Counted from the stretch's first letter, positions 39,701 through 47,987 are shown. The stretch is 64,000 nucleotides of DNA from Candidatus Omnitrophota bacterium (GCA_047639455.1 JBLINS010000002.1:226-64225); one strand, 5' to 3'. Program-made: numbers and translations. Notes: generated by a model from the sequence alone, not told the origin.

Positions 39701-41081
39701 AAAAATGGATGACATGAAAAGAAAGCCAAATCTTGAGGACCGCCTCGAAACCTATTCCCTAAGCTCCATAGTCGAGGAATTGCAATTTCTTCCCATTCAA
39801 CAGCACCCAACCCAATCAGACACCACCACTCACCCGCCCTCGAATGATGACCACGCAAGATTAGCCGCACCGCAGTTAACTTCATCTGAGGATTCAGGCC
39901 CCAACTTGGCTACATTTGATAGCAGAGCAACAAGATTAGCTGGTTCTAATAGCATTTCTAAGAAATCAATTGTTGGAGAGGATATCTTTAAGCAAATATT
40001 ATTAGCTGTGGATTTGGATTTACCGGTGAGGGGGGCTTTGGTGCCGGAATTGAAGTCTTTGTTTGTGCGGTGGTTTGGCCGGGCACGTGTAGAAGAGGAT
40101 GTTTATGCGATTGGTCATTCTGGTAATCGCTTTTCTCGGGTGAGGATATATTCTTTGGGAGCTAAAGGCTACCATGTATTGGATGAGGTGACGGGTGAGC
40201 GTCTTAATATTTCTTTGGAAGAAATAGCGGCTTATAGATTGGATTTGAAGAAGAATGGTTCACAACCAGAGTCAATTATGCAAAGACTAGGAGATGCCGA
40301 CTTTAGTTATAATGCCTTGGAATTGAAGTCTAGTATTAAACGGTCTCTAGCTCTTCTTAGACAAGGCATTGGGGTTGTGGCCGCATTACCTAAAAAGCTA
40401 GTGCGTTTTAAGATGGTGACTGATTTTGCGAGCATTAAATCTGCTATTGGGCAGAATATGGAATATTTGTATGTGATGAGTGAGGATAGGCGTTTTAGTC
40501 AAAGAGCGTCACATGTCTTTATTGGAACCGTTGAGGACCAATTGGCATTGGATGCGTATAGAGAGAACTTGGATGGAGATGCGGACTTCTTAGGCTTTGT
40601 GAATCAAATTCAAATTGTGGGTTTGGCGGATATTCTACGTAATTATGATGTCAATTCTAGTCCTCGAATTGTCTTTGCGAGCACACCCAAAAGTTTTGAA
40701 CGGGCTTATGCTTCGAATAAGGACTTTAGACGCTTAGTGGACGTGGATTTGGTTTCAATAGCGCCTACCAGCGCGGCAGCGAATAATGAGCTATTGGATA
40801 TGCTGAATTTATTGAATACAGCTGATATATTGGCTCATTGGGCACAATTATCACAAGAAGAGCAAGCTGAGCATCAAGTGCATATTGGACGCTATCTGAA
40901 ACGTGCTTATCAAATTGATGGGTCTAGAGAGCATATTGATTCCCTAAGCTATGCTTCAGGCTTTGAGGAAGACACACACTGGTATCAACGGATTAGCTTG
41001 CCACCCTTAGGGCGCTATGTGGATGCTATATTTCATAGCTTTATTCCCACGATTCGCAATGCTGTATTGGCCTCAGCTTAG
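33759..41081 (+). CDS. Giant modular protein 2: signal/TM segment, shared N-terminal domain (TIKI/EreA-like motifs), P-loop kinase cargo, ~1100-aa unknown cargo, C-terminal domain
   Basis: 2446-aa ORF (ATG 33759 preferred); hydrophobic leader ending CFA; IIHIQDAH, LAEGG, RDEAFIQN, VTGGYHT; VIVDGPAASGKK. Confidence 0.9.
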   Translation: MFIYTNSIYTVSRIIKSISLLIIFLMTVEQLCFAAPVGQLGSSLTQLIGSQNKPQTLLSLVDLVQNPVNIKPTFKYAHVQNIHQGTNGKLIIHIQDAHANFSGQMNLAKTIDDLMTKYGIKLVLAEGGEGDASLSTLRSKMTTRDMDAAANRLLMDGMIAGHEYLDLTSKHKMKLVGIENKELYLSNLKAYSELTQTRKKITAHLHKIKVAIQRLKNKLYSKDILELESIEEFNKQFEALLQLNDGRIQLSTYPQMQLLKNLKSEEKLIDFDRLNLEREALFDLLSAKGQSEALRKLVQDMRQGQSSQITQSFNMRKLFELAHQNQIQMQRFYNLQKYNDYLKEFVQLDFNHLLEEVDEFQTLLYQNLFQGEKDPSILRAIDVYKDLLDKATQIQMTSREFQTFMANEEKFDEEAWQAFLNQKLLDLEYYDNLIPFKEELTEFKQKLKNFYRLVNQRDEAFIQNISKVLNQEDEQAAFLVTGGYHTQNLTKLVQAEGYSFITLSPKVTSETNHQQYESLLLKELNQSISSGAQTKSPMQVITTTLVQTLSRMSQVRIPEYARRFSNERFGQVAQMIVDPRSASRMTNYPNKHIFNDYASMIQWLKIELGMDDEQIGVVIVDGPAASGKKAVAKHLSDNGEVAHFKMDGFASQAMRNALALALGFFIGPLLLGRFLDRFILRFFHDHEAILDLKQQIAHAIKQVEESNAESVEVSPQYGFKNLDPESAIKAMQDSKQTVKKSSTIIVSGLRGKELLGTGMPQQQSILVTTDWNTTYNRYQDRQTQGNSKQFWPWALIRQFTASFKWEESFFARRQNEYDFVIDSTNIDRPTVIDQRNLTTDSTRMSPNSVPFEGRARMSNPNNDSLPLPAGVDGYIVDPGAEGSGRDLPISKSGARMTSSSTEHVAEEVPDPLATGEDGASLAEKKKVTGKRPGRVRQVGHVPLESKNFNLIMEFIKRYRKIDSDTIEYSTYLRGINPLLETLRQEPRARRKETRALLALTEGFIQKKSHIQPTLDEIMAVAVASFSIPLNSHLLVIYALTLKMLDMTGKDLLNAQQISQFEKELHALVDLYSSKHPQEKNINLATIIRQILSIQMKDSKSNLLSQSQWHFSSALQSELAKIELQEMGQALRHDPSESIGRIQTSHHALKLGAQNNQIANVVDWTHGLMSQDHRVRRMIRSHEASEIPAKSSIQNALQPTVNAVNDNLDTLILWTLEALKKDDSNNQTRDKKKPLIAQTGVSRYGLSCKSGSACNQAAARWNDEHTLDDILESRELLEEFSMHIGQTNQSHASFTLNYGQIYEHTLQRLIYLRAADFPFDASDSDAESISANLDQIKSLLPKEYFKIYKLIVSGTASNSLKAIQLMEASQWLNESLLAELYQYISRDLLSKVFVHQDEASIEEIKIISKDNNDGIIVNVNPNGLAEVFIDNRQYFDNPRMITIPLPDHAGSQVRLRAQRDSRSFLWLHAFSVSEDLFLGQFFYDSERREMLHEKKHFKSRVLKGHEGVPDMPDSVPVTMQKNEMGNYFAFKYEDKTYNLSRPYEARYKGIRDDADLQTIHIRIIRQQNKDYVYGFLNPDDELASDAFAKWLWVPSKDGGRHRFEAEYFYVPGTKLWFYHLLRNNITTSRIYQARIDLDDKGQAIIHKELKLRLGDMFKGGGQNMPSEALMTNTLADPSRVDIYDAPESEDKKERGSFDPRQMRFIASKYYSKPRSMFQRDWQIVTQRHNEFLSDSNLIVPNPDPVVVRMPIGVDTRAKTGHPKHIIDTPTGKPITFEKTEHVDELVMIRFNQFKMNGRIQRGIELIALSEDFVPKFLIRRGYYHAPGDEFKWQSPRRRKSYTIEERYQIEEVLIHTGYLGSFVHHMTIKADYLTREFVQMVNNELQLAQIDVEKVLDEYNHVLTELDKIKAFLLKQNWESSEMDKHFGRISDVISPVYRQAIDQVQRNQQTYPIGTRVRFRHRKATVEGYQSIEGGVILITLKMDDMKRKPNLEDRLETYSLSSIVEELQFLPIQQHPTQSDTTTHPPSNDDHARLAAPQLTSSEDSGPNLATFDSRATRLAGSNSISKKSIVGEDIFKQILLAVDLDLPVRGALVPELKSLFVRWFGRARVEEDVYAIGHSGNRFSRVRIYSLGAKGYHVLDEVTGERLNISLEEIAAYRLDLKKNGSQPESIMQRLGDADFSYNALELKSSIKRSLALLRQGIGVVAALPKKLVRFKMVTDFASIKSAIGQNMEYLYVMSEDRRFSQRASHVFIGTVEDQLALDAYRENLDGDADFLGFVNQIQIVGLADILRNYDVNSSPRIVFASTPKSFERAYASNKDFRRLVDVDLVSIAPTSAAANNELLDMLNLLNTADILAHWAQLSQEEQAEHQVHIGRYLKRAYQIDGSREHIDSLSYASGFEEDTHWYQRISLPPLGRYVDAIFHSFIPTIRNAVLASA

Positions 41082-41091
41082 CCTACCCTAG

Positions 41092-41132
41092 CCCAACCAT
41101 TTTAACACCCCAGGGGTGTTAAAATGGTTGGG
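41092..41132. repeat. Perfect 20-bp-arm palindrome directly after giant gene 2 (terminator-like or REP-like)
   Basis: cccaaccattttaacacccc-a-ggggtgttaaaatggttggg. Confidence 0.85.
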
Positions 41133-41174
41133 GTTTGAGCGAATAAATGTTGTAAATGTTGTACAATAGCCATC

Positions 41175-42056
41175 ATGAAAAAAATGACAATTACTTTCAC
41201 CTTAATACTGCATGCTATTTGTTTCCTAGGGCCTTTAGATGCCCACGCCTCGAGTAAAGGCGTCTTAGCCAAATCATCCATTTCAAGAATTGAGTCTGTG
41301 GATGCTGTTGCAATGGCGGCACAGGAATTACGTCAAAAAAAATTAGACTATGGAATCCAAAGCATTGAGGCAGTTGATGCCATGGCTGATTTAGCCCAAG
41401 TTTATGAAGATGCGGGTCGAAATTCCCAGGCAGAACTTTTTTATGCGCGCTCATTGTTGATGTATCAAAAGATTTATGGTCATTCGGATGTCAGAACAGC
41501 CAGAATTATGTATCGCGTGGCTTCGAGCTATTTGCACATGGGCACACCCCAAGAAGCGCTTAAGTTATATAGGAGGTCTCTGGTTATTACGGAGGCTGAG
41601 TATGGACCAACAGACATAAGGGTAACCGCGTCACTTGGTGGATTAGCCGAAACATATAAAGCCTTAGGTATGTATACAGAATCGCTTGAAGCATTCCAGC
41701 GTGTATTGGATTTGTTGGACATAAAGAATGCCGATTACCGTGCCGGCGTGATATCGTCTTATACACACATAGCTGATATTTATTTAAAGCAAGGTGAGTT
41801 TGAAAAATCAGAGCTAACCCATTACTCCTTAATCCATACTTTAGAATTAGAATTTGGTAAACAGCATTGGCAAATAGCACCCTTATTTAATAATTTGGGG
41901 AATTTGTATAAACAATGGAAAAAGGCTGATCAGGCTGTAGTCGCCTATGAAGAATCCTTGAATATATTATTAAAACACTTTTCTCCCGATCACCCCGAAG
42001 TGCAATTGGTTATGACTAATTTAGATCAATTGTTTGTTGCCAAAGAGTCCTTTTAA
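41175..42056 (+). CDS. Exported TPR protein (TPR_10/12 type)
   Basis: Signal peptide AHA; repeated A..Y..SL.I.....G..H..A..L.NL units. Confidence 0.88.
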   Translation: MKKMTITFTLILHAICFLGPLDAHASSKGVLAKSSISRIESVDAVAMAAQELRQKKLDYGIQSIEAVDAMADLAQVYEDAGRNSQAELFYARSLLMYQKIYGHSDVRTARIMYRVASSYLHMGTPQEALKLYRRSLVITEAEYGPTDIRVTASLGGLAETYKALGMYTESLEAFQRVLDLLDIKNADYRAGVISSYTHIADIYLKQGEFEKSELTHYSLIHTLELEFGKQHWQIAPLFNNLGNLYKQWKKADQAVVAYEESLNILLKHFSPDHPEVQLVMTNLDQLFVAKESF

Positions 42057-42059
42057 TTC

Positions 42060-43271
42060 ATGAGCTCAACTCCAGAGCTGTTTACTTTATTCGGCGTATA
42101 TTTCATTGGCTTAGGCTTGAACTTGACGCCATGTGTATACCCCATGCTCTCCGTTACCGCTTCAATCTTTGCTAGACGCACAGACACTCAATTAAGTTTG
42201 GCTTTTTTCAAAGCTCTAGTTTATGTATTAGGCATTGTATGCATGTACACCATACTGGGTGTTTTGGCAGCCTTGGGCGGTGGTGTGTTTGGAGAGTGGT
42301 TGCAGAATAAGTGGGTTTTAATACTAATAGCCACATGCATATTTATTTTTGCTTTAGCCATGTTTGGAGTCTGGCGTATTGAAGCGCCTGGTTGGCTAAT
42401 TAATAAATTAGGCAGCAAATCAACACTGGGTTGGTTGGGGCTATTTTTATCAGGGTTATTTGTGGGTATTATTGCCGCGCCTTGCATCGGGCCACCAGTG
42501 GCGGCTTTATTAACACATGTAGCATCAAAGGCCGACCCTGTTTATGGATCCAAAATCTTTTTTGTTATGGCTATGGGTTTGGGCACGCCTTATTTAATTT
42601 TAGGAACCTTTTCACATTTATTAAGCCGATTGCCTAAGTCAGGCGCATGGATGATATGGGTTGAGCGAGTCTTTGGGTGTATTTTGCTCACAATTTCAGC
42701 CTATTATTACCTCGTGGCTTTGTATCCGAAGGGCATACATTATTTATTACCCATAGCTACTTTGGTCAGCTCTGTGTATTTGGGATTCTTTCAGCGCTCA
42801 GGTGATGAGAAGCGGTTTTTTTATTTACTGAAACGAATAGCAGCTGTTGTGATTATTATAGTGATGGTGCCTCTGTACAGGCCAACTGGCGCAACTCAGG
42901 TAGAGTGGCAGAATTACACTCCCCCAACCTTTGAGTCCGCTTTAAGCAATGGCAAGCCTATGCTTTTGGATTTTTATGCGGATTGGTGTATACCTTGTCA
43001 CGAAATGGACCAAACCACCTACAGGAACTCAGAAGTCATTCAATTACTCAATGGTTTTGATCGCATTAAGGTGGATTTGACGGACGGCGATGATGTTGCC
43101 ACCAAGGCTATGGCTAGGAAATACCTCATTATAGGCATGCCTACGACTGTATTCATTGACTCAGAGGGCAAGGAGATCAAGGATGCACGCGCTATTGGCT
43201 ATGTATCCGCGTCAAATATGATTCAAATTTTGACTTCTATAAAGTCAAATTCTTATAAAGAAAATCAATAG
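42060..43271 (+). CDS. dsbD: DsbD/CcdA transmembrane domain plus C-terminal thioredoxin
   Basis: LTPCVYPM, APCIGP, LPKSGAWM, FYADWCIPC. Confidence 0.85.
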   Translation: MSSTPELFTLFGVYFIGLGLNLTPCVYPMLSVTASIFARRTDTQLSLAFFKALVYVLGIVCMYTILGVLAALGGGVFGEWLQNKWVLILIATCIFIFALAMFGVWRIEAPGWLINKLGSKSTLGWLGLFLSGLFVGIIAAPCIGPPVAALLTHVASKADPVYGSKIFFVMAMGLGTPYLILGTFSHLLSRLPKSGAWMIWVERVFGCILLTISAYYYLVALYPKGIHYLLPIATLVSSVYLGFFQRSGDEKRFFYLLKRIAAVVIIIVMVPLYRPTGATQVEWQNYTPPTFESALSNGKPMLLDFYADWCIPCHEMDQTTYRNSEVIQLLNGFDRIKVDLTDGDDVATKAMARKYLIIGMPTTVFIDSEGKEIKDARAIGYVSASNMIQILTSIKSNSYKENQ

Positions 43272-43437
43272 TTATTAACTATAATTAACTATACTTACAC
43301 CAAAAAGCCCACTTTTTCTTCACCACTCATTTCATGTCCCAAAATCCCTAAAAGGGTTAAATTTAATATTCACACTTGGCGTTTTATCTGATAGACTGTG
43401 GGGCTCTAGTCAGGTAATTACGTTCGATTGTGGGGTT

Positions 43438-44706
43438 ATGTTGGAAGCTAAAGAATCCATTGCTTGTGTTGTTTTAGCCGCGGGAGCGGGAACACGAATG
43501 AAGAGCAAGACTCCCAAAGTCCTTCAACTCATGTGTGGATTGCCGGTACTAGGACATATACTCAATACCTTGGATGAATTAGGTATTGAGAAAGTAACGA
43601 CTGTTGTTGGTCATCAAAAAGAATTGGTGACAGAGTTCGTTAGCGAAAGGGCCGAGGTGGTCGAACAAATACCACCTCGCGGAACAGGCCACGCTCTTTT
43701 ACAAGCCAAGACTCCTTTGGGAGATTTTATTGGCACTATAATTGTTGTTTGCGGTGATGCACCGCTCATTACTGCGCAATCCTTGCGTCAGTTAGTCCAA
43801 AAAAGAATTCAACATCAAGCTGCTTGTGTCGTATTGACCTTTGATGCGCCCTCACCAAAAGGTTATGGTCGTATTATTAAGGACGAGCAAGAGCAAATTA
43901 TTGGCATTATTGAAGAAGCGAATGCAAATACTGACCAAAAATTAATTACTGAAGTGAATTCAGGCGCTTATTGCTTTGATGCGCAAAAATTATTTAATGT
44001 ATTAGATCAGCTCAAACCTGATCCGATAAAGAACGAAATTTATTTAACAGATGCTGTCGCCATTATGGCTAAAGAATCCAAAGTTGTGGCAGTTAAGACG
44101 GATGATTATCGCGAGACCTTAGGGATTAATTCGCAAAAGGATTTAGCAACGGTGACAAAAATTAAGAAACAACAAGTTTTGGATGGCTTAATGGCTCAAG
44201 GCGTTAAGATTGTGGATGAGGCGACTACCTATATATCAGTGGATGTTCAAATAGGCCAAGATACGGTGATTCACCCTAATACGGTTATTGAAGGCCCTGT
44301 TAAGATTGGCGAGAATTGTCAAATTGGACCATTTGCACGTATTCGTCCAGGCGTCGTTATTGAAGATGGGGCAGTTATAGGAAACTTCGTAGAAATTAAT
44401 CGCAGTCATATTGGAAAAAATAGTTTAGTTAAACATTTGTCATATTTGGGTGATGCCAAAATAGGCGCTGATGTGAATATAGGCGCTGGCACAATTACAG
44501 CCAATTTTGATGGCCAGAACAAATATGAAACCATTATTGAAGACGGTGCATCTATTGGCAGCGGCACAGTTTTGATAGCACCAGTACATGCTGAGCCGGG
44601 AGCCGTTACTGGAGCCGGAGCCGTAGTGACAAAGAATACCAAAATTAAATCTAAACAAACTTTTGTTGGCATGCCAGCTAAAGTAGTCAAGAAGAAGGAG
44701 AAATAA
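43438..44706 (+). CDS. glmU: Bifunctional UDP-GlcNAc pyrophosphorylase/acetyltransferase
   Basis: LAAGAGTRMKS..PKVL, GTGHA, GYGRI, HLSYLGDA, NIGAGTITAN. Confidence 0.95.
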   Translation: MLEAKESIACVVLAAGAGTRMKSKTPKVLQLMCGLPVLGHILNTLDELGIEKVTTVVGHQKELVTEFVSERAEVVEQIPPRGTGHALLQAKTPLGDFIGTIIVVCGDAPLITAQSLRQLVQKRIQHQAACVVLTFDAPSPKGYGRIIKDEQEQIIGIIEEANANTDQKLITEVNSGAYCFDAQKLFNVLDQLKPDPIKNEIYLTDAVAIMAKESKVVAVKTDDYRETLGINSQKDLATVTKIKKQQVLDGLMAQGVKIVDEATTYISVDVQIGQDTVIHPNTVIEGPVKIGENCQIGPFARIRPGVVIEDGAVIGNFVEINRSHIGKNSLVKHLSYLGDAKIGADVNIGAGTITANFDGQNKYETIIEDGASIGSGTVLIAPVHAEPGAVTGAGAVVTKNTKIKSKQTFVGMPAKVVKKKEK

Positions 44707-44709
44707 TTC

Positions 44710-45666
44710 ATGAGCATGGGAAGTAAATTAATTTTACTTAGCGGGAATGCAAATCGTTCTTTAGCGCAAGAAATTGCTGAATATTTATCGATTCCATTAT
44801 CTGATGCAATTGTGAGTTCTTTTTCTGAGGGCGAAAGTCGTGTCCAAATTCTGGATGATGTGCGTGGAGCTGATGTTTTTGTCATTCAGCCAACAAGCCC
44901 ACCAGTGAATCAGAATTTGATGGAATTATTAATTATGATGGATGCTCTAAAGAGAGCTTCGGCAGATCGAATCACTTGTGTGCTGCCATATTACGGGTAT
45001 GCACGACAAGATCGCAAAGATAGGCCTCGCGTCCCGATTTCAGCCAAATTAGTAGCCAATTTATTAACTTCCGCTGGGGCTAGCCGCGTCTTAACTATGG
45101 ACTTGCATGCCGGCCAAATCCAGGGATTCTTTGACATACCCCTAGACCATTTGTATGCGGTGAACGTATTCATGGATCACTTTGAACGCTTGAATATTGA
45201 AGATAAAGTTGTTGTGTCACCCGATGTTGGCGGTATCAAAATGGCCCGAGCTTATGCTAAAAAATTCAATGCTGATTTGGCCATTGTGGACAAGCGCCGT
45301 GCAGAAGATGGTGATACAGAGGTGATGAATATCTTAGGTACTGTCAAAGATAAAAATGTCATTATGGTTGATGATATTTGCGCAACAGCAGGCTCATTGT
45401 GTAATGCGGCTGAGGCGGTCAAATTAGCGGGTGCTAAAAAGATTTATGCAGCGATTTCGCATCCCATTCTTTCGGGTCCAGCATATGAGAGAATTGAAAA
45501 AGCGCCTATAGATCAATTGTGTGTGACTAATTCAATTCCGATACCGGAAGATAGACCTTGTGGCAAGATTAAAGTTTTGAGCATAGCGCCCTTATTGGGT
45601 GAAGCAATTCGTAGAATTTATCATTCTGAATCTGTAAGCGGCCTATTTGGTTCGCATATTATCTAG
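44710..45666 (+). CDS. prs: Ribose-phosphate pyrophosphokinase
   Basis: PYYGYARQDRK, DLHAGQIQGFFD, VSPDVGG, VDDICATAGS. Confidence 0.97.
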   Translation: MSMGSKLILLSGNANRSLAQEIAEYLSIPLSDAIVSSFSEGESRVQILDDVRGADVFVIQPTSPPVNQNLMELLIMMDALKRASADRITCVLPYYGYARQDRKDRPRVPISAKLVANLLTSAGASRVLTMDLHAGQIQGFFDIPLDHLYAVNVFMDHFERLNIEDKVVVSPDVGGIKMARAYAKKFNADLAIVDKRRAEDGDTEVMNILGTVKDKNVIMVDDICATAGSLCNAAEAVKLAGAKKIYAAISHPILSGPAYERIEKAPIDQLCVTNSIPIPEDRPCGKIKVLSIAPLLGEAIRRIYHSESVSGLFGSHII

Positions 45667-45692
45667 TTTTTAGTTTAAAAGAGGAGAAAGTA

Positions 45693-46361
45693 ATGGAAAG
45701 AGTTTTAATGGCAGTAAAGGAACGTGCAGTTAGCGGAAAGAGTCCTAATCGCACTATGAGGAATGAAGGCATTGTACCCGGAATTGTGTATCACAAACAT
45801 GAGCCTTCCGTGGCCATCGCATTGAATATAAAAGAATTAACTAAGAACTTAAGAACTGAAGCGGGACGTAATATATTAATCGATTTAAATATTAATGAAT
45901 CGACCGCTAAAGACAATAAGACCGTTGTGGTAAAAGAAATTCAATACCATCCAGTTAGCGGACATATGATTCATGTCGACTTTCATCAAATATCATTAGT
46001 AGACAAAATTAAAGTAGTCGTAGCTGTTTTTGTTACGGGTACTCCAGACGGAGTTAAAAACGAGGGTGGTGTTGTAGAATTGCACGCTCGTGAGCTCGAA
46101 GTCGAATGTTTGCCTACAAGTATGCCAGATCGTATTGAGGTTAAAGTGGATCACTTAAAGCTAAATGAATCTTTGCATGCTAGCGATATAGTGCTACCAG
46201 AGGGTGTGTCTATATTATCTGAGGCCGAAACAGTCATTGCTCAGGTTGTGCTGCCGCATGTTGAAGAAGCAGCAGCGACTGAAGAAGGTGAAGACGCTGC
46301 TCAGCCTGAAGTTATCGGCGCTAAGCCAGATGAAGCTGAGGCTGGAGAAGCTAAGAAATAA
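45693..46361 (+). CDS. rplY: 50S ribosomal protein L25/Ctc
   Basis: R..G.VPGIVY, KEIQYHPV....HVDF; prs-rplY-pth synteny. Confidence 0.95.
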   Translation: MERVLMAVKERAVSGKSPNRTMRNEGIVPGIVYHKHEPSVAIALNIKELTKNLRTEAGRNILIDLNINESTAKDNKTVVVKEIQYHPVSGHMIHVDFHQISLVDKIKVVVAVFVTGTPDGVKNEGGVVELHARELEVECLPTSMPDRIEVKVDHLKLNESLHASDIVLPEGVSILSEAETVIAQVVLPHVEEAAATEEGEDAAQPEVIGAKPDEAEAGEAKK

Positions 46362-46372
46362 GAATATAGATT

Positions 46373-46993
46373 GTGAAACTAATTGTTGGATTAGGGAATC
46401 CTGGGAAGAAATACTCAGGAACTCGGCATAATGTTGGATTCGAGGTGCTCGATTTTTTTTGCGACACTTTAGACAAGCGACGAATAGTAAAAGCGCAAAA
46501 AATAAAAACAGTGACTCAGGATGGAAATCGCGTACGATTTTCTATTCAAGAATTTGAGTCCAAGGATGGTTTGGATTCGATTGTGGTCATTAAACCCGAA
46601 AATTATATGAATCTTTCGGGCTGGACAGTCAAATTCTGTGTTAATGAATATTTATTAGATGCAGATGACTTTATTATTGTTGCAGATGACATTGCATTGC
46701 CAATTGGCAAAATTAGATTTAGGGAAAAGGGTTCCTCGGGTGGCCAGAAAGGCATCCAATCGATAATTGATGAATTAGGAACTCAGAACTTTAGTCGTTT
46801 GCGAATTGGAATACAGTCTGAAGAGAATGTGGGTGATTTGGCTGATTTTGTTCTAAAGCCTTTTATGCTTAGTGAACATAAGCAAATTAATCAGGTGGTT
46901 GAGACCGCAGCCCTTAGTTTGAATACATGGATTGATCGCGGGATGCCCGCTGCCATGAATGATTTTAATGGGAATATTAACGATAAGGAGTAG
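46373..46993 (+). CDS. pth: Peptidyl-tRNA hydrolase
   Basis: LIVGLGNPG..Y..TRHNVGF, YMNLSG, RLRIGI. Confidence 0.95.
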   Translation: MKLIVGLGNPGKKYSGTRHNVGFEVLDFFCDTLDKRRIVKAQKIKTVTQDGNRVRFSIQEFESKDGLDSIVVIKPENYMNLSGWTVKFCVNEYLLDADDFIIVADDIALPIGKIRFREKGSSGGQKGIQSIIDELGTQNFSRLRIGIQSEENVGDLADFVLKPFMLSEHKQINQVVETAALSLNTWIDRGMPAAMNDFNGNINDKE

Positions 46994-46995
46994 AA

Positions 46996-47466
46996 ATGAA
47001 TAAGTATGAGGCAATGTTTGTATTTGTTGGGTCTGCGAGCGCTGACGCTTTAACTAAACAAATGCAAACAGTTCAAACAACTATCACTGAATGTGGTGGA
47101 AAAATAACACAAGTTGATGAATGGGGTAAGAGAAAATTAGCTTACTTAGTTAATAAGGTTGCAGAAGGCCATTACTTACTAGTTTATTTTGAAAGCGAAC
47201 CAAGCGCTATTGATGAAATGAATAAAAAGTATAAGTTCAATACAGACATTATTAAATGCATGATTCTTTCGTATGATCCTCTGCAGGATAAACAAAAAGA
47301 AATCAAGGCTGCAAAAGAAGCTAGAGCTAAGTTTGAAGAAGATGAGCGTGCTGTATCTGAATCTACACCTGCTGCTGCACCTGTTGCTGCTGCATCTGAA
47401 GCCACGCCTGTTGCTGCTGCGTCTGAAGCTACGCCTGAAGCTGCACCTGAAGCGGTTTCGGAGTAA
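46996..47466 (+). CDS. rpsF: 30S ribosomal protein S6 with Ala/Glu-rich tail
   Basis: YEAMF, WGKRKLAY, GHY; precedes ssb-rpsR-rplI. Confidence 0.93.
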   Translation: MNKYEAMFVFVGSASADALTKQMQTVQTTITECGGKITQVDEWGKRKLAYLVNKVAEGHYLLVYFESEPSAIDEMNKKYKFNTDIIKCMILSYDPLQDKQKEIKAAKEARAKFEEDERAVSESTPAAAPVAAASEATPVAAASEATPEAAPEAVSE

Positions 47467-47504
47467 TTTTGAATTTAAATATACTCAACTCATGGAGGTG
47501 ACAC

Positions 47505-47987
47505 ATGGCATCATTTAATAGAGTATTTTTAATGGGTAACTTAACAAGAGACCCAGAATTAAAATACATCCCTAGTGGCAGTGCAGTGGCGACATTTAGT
47601 TTAGCGATTAATAGAGTGTATCGCTTACAAACAGGCGAAAAAAAAGAAGAAACTACTTTTTTACGAATTGTCGTTTGGGGAAAAATGGGTGAAAACTGTG
47701 CGCAATATCTCAAAAAAGGTAGTGCTGCATTTGTTGAGGGGCGAGTTGTAGCTCGTAATTGGGATGCTCCGGATGGTAGTAAACGAACCACCACTGAAGT
47801 CATTGCGACCGCAGTTCAATTTTTAAATAGCAAAACAGGTGTTGCTGTTAGCGAAGAGGGCTATGGTCAATCATCAGCACCATCCCAATCAGCACCAAAA
47901 AAAGAACCGTTAGAAGAAATTTCATTAGACATGCCATCCGAACCGCCTACAGGCAAAGGTGATGGTAGTGATGTGGTTCCATTTTAA
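47505..47987 (+). CDS. ssb: Single-stranded DNA-binding protein
   Basis: NRVFLMGNLTRDPEL, VEGR, C-terminal DVVPF. Confidence 0.97.
   Translation: MASFNRVFLMGNLTRDPELKYIPSGSAVATFSLAINRVYRLQTGEKKEETTFLRIVVWGKMGENCAQYLKKGSAAFVEGRVVARNWDAPDGSKRTTTEVIATAVQFLNSKTGVAVSEEGYGQSSAPSQSAPKKEPLEEISLDMPSEPPTGKGDGSDVVPF

Noticed and set aside
3-41081. Junction motifs as a DNA-level recombination repeat (attC- or DGR-like), or as inteins
   Set aside because: Codons vary synonymously and no identity extends beyond about 9-12 nt; no integrase or reverse transcriptase in the window; no intein C/S...HN motifs.
47380-47433. 27-bp tandem repeat in rpsF (PVAAASEAT x2)
   Set aside because: Low-complexity acidic tails on S6 and L9 are common; not informative.
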